64,000 bases of DNA, from positions 23,064,001 to 23,128,000 of the forward strand of contig NC_134468.1 in assembly GCF_964194025.1 (NCBI RefSeq). The letters are read 5' to 3'. Made by a program: the position numbers and the translations under genes. This DNA is from Convolutriloba macropyga (Eukaryota). Positions 61,318-64,000 of this stretch are shown piece by piece (position 1 is the first letter of the stretch; each line of letters opens with the position of its first letter). Under the pieces are notes generated by a model. That model had not been told where the DNA came from and made no database searches. It was given only the letters and a program-made list of their open reading frames with translations.

Positions 61318-62559
61318 GGGGGGTTCAGACAGAACAGACCCGAATTCAGGTGTGGGCCAGACTGAACAGACCTTGGTCACCCTGGGTCAGACCGAAAAGA
61401 CCCAAGACCTGGGCCAGAGGTATATATTCAATTTGCATTACCCTTTTGCTATAATATATTCATTTCATAAAAACTGATGTTTGCACTCTTTGGTTCATCT
61501 AAGGAAAAACCAATTATGAATGCATTGCCAAAGAAAACAAAACCCAACTGTTGACAACAAATTTCATGTAGTATATCATTTAGTGTATTTTTCTGACTCA
61601 ATGGATGAGTTTAGACAGCTTTCCATAAGAGAATTCGTGATCTCCTGTTTATCACAAGAAGACCGAGGATTGGGTATGGACCAGACCAAACAGACCGAAG
61701 CCTGGGTATGAGCCAGAAGAAACAGACCAACGATTGGATATGGGCCAGAGCGAACAGACCCGCGACTGGGTATGGGCCAGACAAAACAGACCGAAGATTG
61801 GATATGGACCAGACGAAACAGACCGATGTTTGGGTATTGGCCAGACCGAAGATTGGGTATGGACCAGTCGAAACAGACCAATGTTTGGGTATTGACCAGA
61901 CCGAACATACCCAATTCAAGTATGGGCCAGACAAAACAGACCCAATTTCGGTATGGGCCAGACGGAGCGGCGCGACCGAAAATTTGTCCAGACTATGAGC
62001 TCGGTCGCACCGGACCCCCCTGTCCGCGACCCAGGTCCGTCTAGCCCATAATTGTCTTGGGTCGCGGACTTCATCCTGGGGAAGCCTCTACTACGGACGC
62101 ACGCTAAAAAGTCGATCAAAGCAATCGGTCAGATCCAAACATTGGTCTGAAGTAATGACTGGAATACCCTCAAATGCTGTTGTACGCTGTAGTTCCGCAC
62201 GGCTGAAACCACTGTGTGTGAATTACGCCGTCGAAAAAATGGGTCTTTCTATCACATAAACACCCTGTGAATAGTCAACAGATGAGGAAAAAGTGATGTT
62301 GGAATCAAATTGGCCGAAGCTGGACGAAGCCTTAGAATTTGAATAGCAAAATTACAGCGTGGTTGAATTGGGCATGACGAGAGGAACTTGGGACACACAA
62401 GAAGGAGAATAACTGGCAACAGACGGAGAATAGCAATTTCTCGGAACTACAGATGGTTGCCGTCCATTTCTCTTATCGGAAAAAGCTGTTCATATAAAGT
62501 TGGCAAATTAAATGTGAGAGAACAAACCATTTCCGAAGAAATAGCAAAACTCATTTGAA

Positions 62560-62997
62560 GTCTTGGCGACATGGTCGACTATTGTCAAAACTTGCGGAAA
62601 AACCTCTCAATTCAAAGAACCTGGAAATTTGGGGTCACTATCTGTAACAATGACTTGGCAATGCTTGGCAGGAGCATCATGTTACCCTAAAAGCATACGC
62701 GGGTAGTACTCATTAAACGGACACAGAACGGGAGATAAGCGTTTAAAATAGAAAACCATTTTAGCTGGATATTATCTAATGGCATCAAACTATTCGCGGA
62801 ATGCAAAATTGGCTGCCCAAAAAGACTGAGCTCTCCTATTTGCGAATGTCAACTTCTTAAATCGATTCACCAGCCGCCGTGCAAACAACAACAATTCTTG
62901 TTCTCTGAATACGCTCCCAGAACATCTTTACAGCAAGTACCTCCTCCAACTCCAGGCATAGCATCAACGTCTCTATCAAGTGGACACGCAAGAAGGA
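62560..62997 (-). pseudogene. Highly degraded Gypsy-like pol remnant
   Basis: With frameshifts, an IETDA..GVGGVL-like RNase H motif near 62935-62980 and VIVTDSDPKF (integrase-like) near 62622-62653. Confidence 0.4.
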
Positions 62998-64000
62998 CCC
63001 AGGTTGAGGTCCAGACCCAAATTGAGTTATGATCAGACCCAGTCGAGCGCACACCCGTGTGTTGCCAGACCGAAATTACAGGGTCTTTTCGGAAGTTCGA
63101 GCGCACTACGGTTTGGACCATGGTCTGGAGGTGGTCTGATCAGAGGTCATTTTGGTCTGAAAAGTCTGATCATAGGCGGATTCGAGCGCACTTGGGTCTG
63201 ATCAGAGGCGACTTCGAGCGCAATTGGGTCTGATCATAACCTCTTTGAGCGCACTTTTGTCTAATCAGAGGCGACTTCGAGCGCAATTGGGTCTGATCAT
63301 AACCTCTTCGAGCGCACTTTTGTCTGATCAGAGGCGACTTCGAGCGCAATTGAGTCTGATCATAACCTCTTTGAGCGCACTTTTGTCTGATCAGAAGCGA
63401 GTTTGAGCGCAATTGTGTCTGATCATAACCTCATCGAGCGCACTTGGGTCTGATCAGAAATGCTTTTGAACGCAATTGGGTCTGGTCATAACCTCTTTGG
63501 GCGCACTTTTGTCTAATCAGAGGCGACTTCGAGCGCAATTGGGTCTGATCATAACCTCTTCGAGCGCACTTTTGTCTGATCAGAGGCGACTTCCAGCGAA
63601 ATTGTGTCTGATCATAACCTCTTTGAGCGCACTTTTGTCTGATCAGAGGCGACTTTGAGCGCAATTGGGTCTGATCATAACCTCATCGAGCCCACTTGGG
63701 ACTGACCAGAAATGCTTTTGAACGCAATTGGGTCTGATCAGGGACCATTTCGAGCGCATTTTTTTTACTTTTTTTGTTTTTTAAACGAGAGATGTTGGCT
63801 CTGTCAGGAGGCGGCCATAAAGCAGCGTTCTGATCAGAGACTCATCTAAAGTCCGATAGCTCTGATCAGAAAACAGGAGTCCAGCCGATAACAGAGGCCG
63901 GTCCCCTTCAGAAGAAACTTTGATCAACTGGAGACCACGATATTTCTTATGGAAAGCTGTCTAAACTCATCCATTGAGTCAGAAAAATACACTAAAAGGT
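62998..64000. mobile_element. Third CCC-terminated element, truncated by the window edge, with a 63-bp (31+32) tandem array at ~63170-63760
   Basis: Start cccaggttgaggtccagacccaa resembles the TIR at 51822/62080, and ~63930-63996 is the reverse complement of ~61579-61645. Confidence 0.7.

Larger units (their letters stand above)
51822..62080. mobile_element. Non-autonomous CCC-terminated CMC/EnSpm-like element (~0.83 kb once the nested BEL is removed)
   Basis: ~65-bp TIRs (ccc.ggatgaagtccgcgacccaagaca..tatgggc.agacggac.tgggtcgc.gacaggggg) with 2-bp TSD ga. A 32-bp subterminal array lies at 61672-61965. Confidence 0.82.

Overview
AT-rich eukaryotic, most likely invertebrate animal, genomic DNA with two N-gaps; the species cannot be determined from the sequence alone. 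(1) 1-~5770: one arm of a decaying Polinton/Maverick (adintovirus-like) endogenous virus, all genes on the minus strand. From the end inward: PLA2-like?, DEDD-like, two small ORFs, a 2-TM protein, packaging ATPase, a CEC..GNVP protein, an unknown ORF, rve integrase, minor capsid (penton) and the start of a core-type protein. It appears to lie in an intron of (2) a host ABCG2/White-family half transporter, whose last nine exons (6291-17401, +) splice into one clean reading frame. (3) A ~7 kb non-periodic polypyrimidine tract (21.5-28.4 kb). (4) Many non-autonomous elements: three Helentron-associated (HINE/DINE-like) families, three CCC-terminated CMC/EnSpm-like elements with ~32-bp subterminal arrays (one carries repeats matching the Polinton end), MITEs and tRNA-derived SINEs. 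(5) A full-length but pseudogenised BEL/Pao LTR retrotransposon (51887-61317; 213-bp LTRs, GGGGG TSD) nested in a CCC element, with a ~2.4 kb block of three tandem arrays ahead of gag. Local tandem duplications and Gypsy remnants fill much of the rest. All calls come from reading the sequence by eye; no searches were run.
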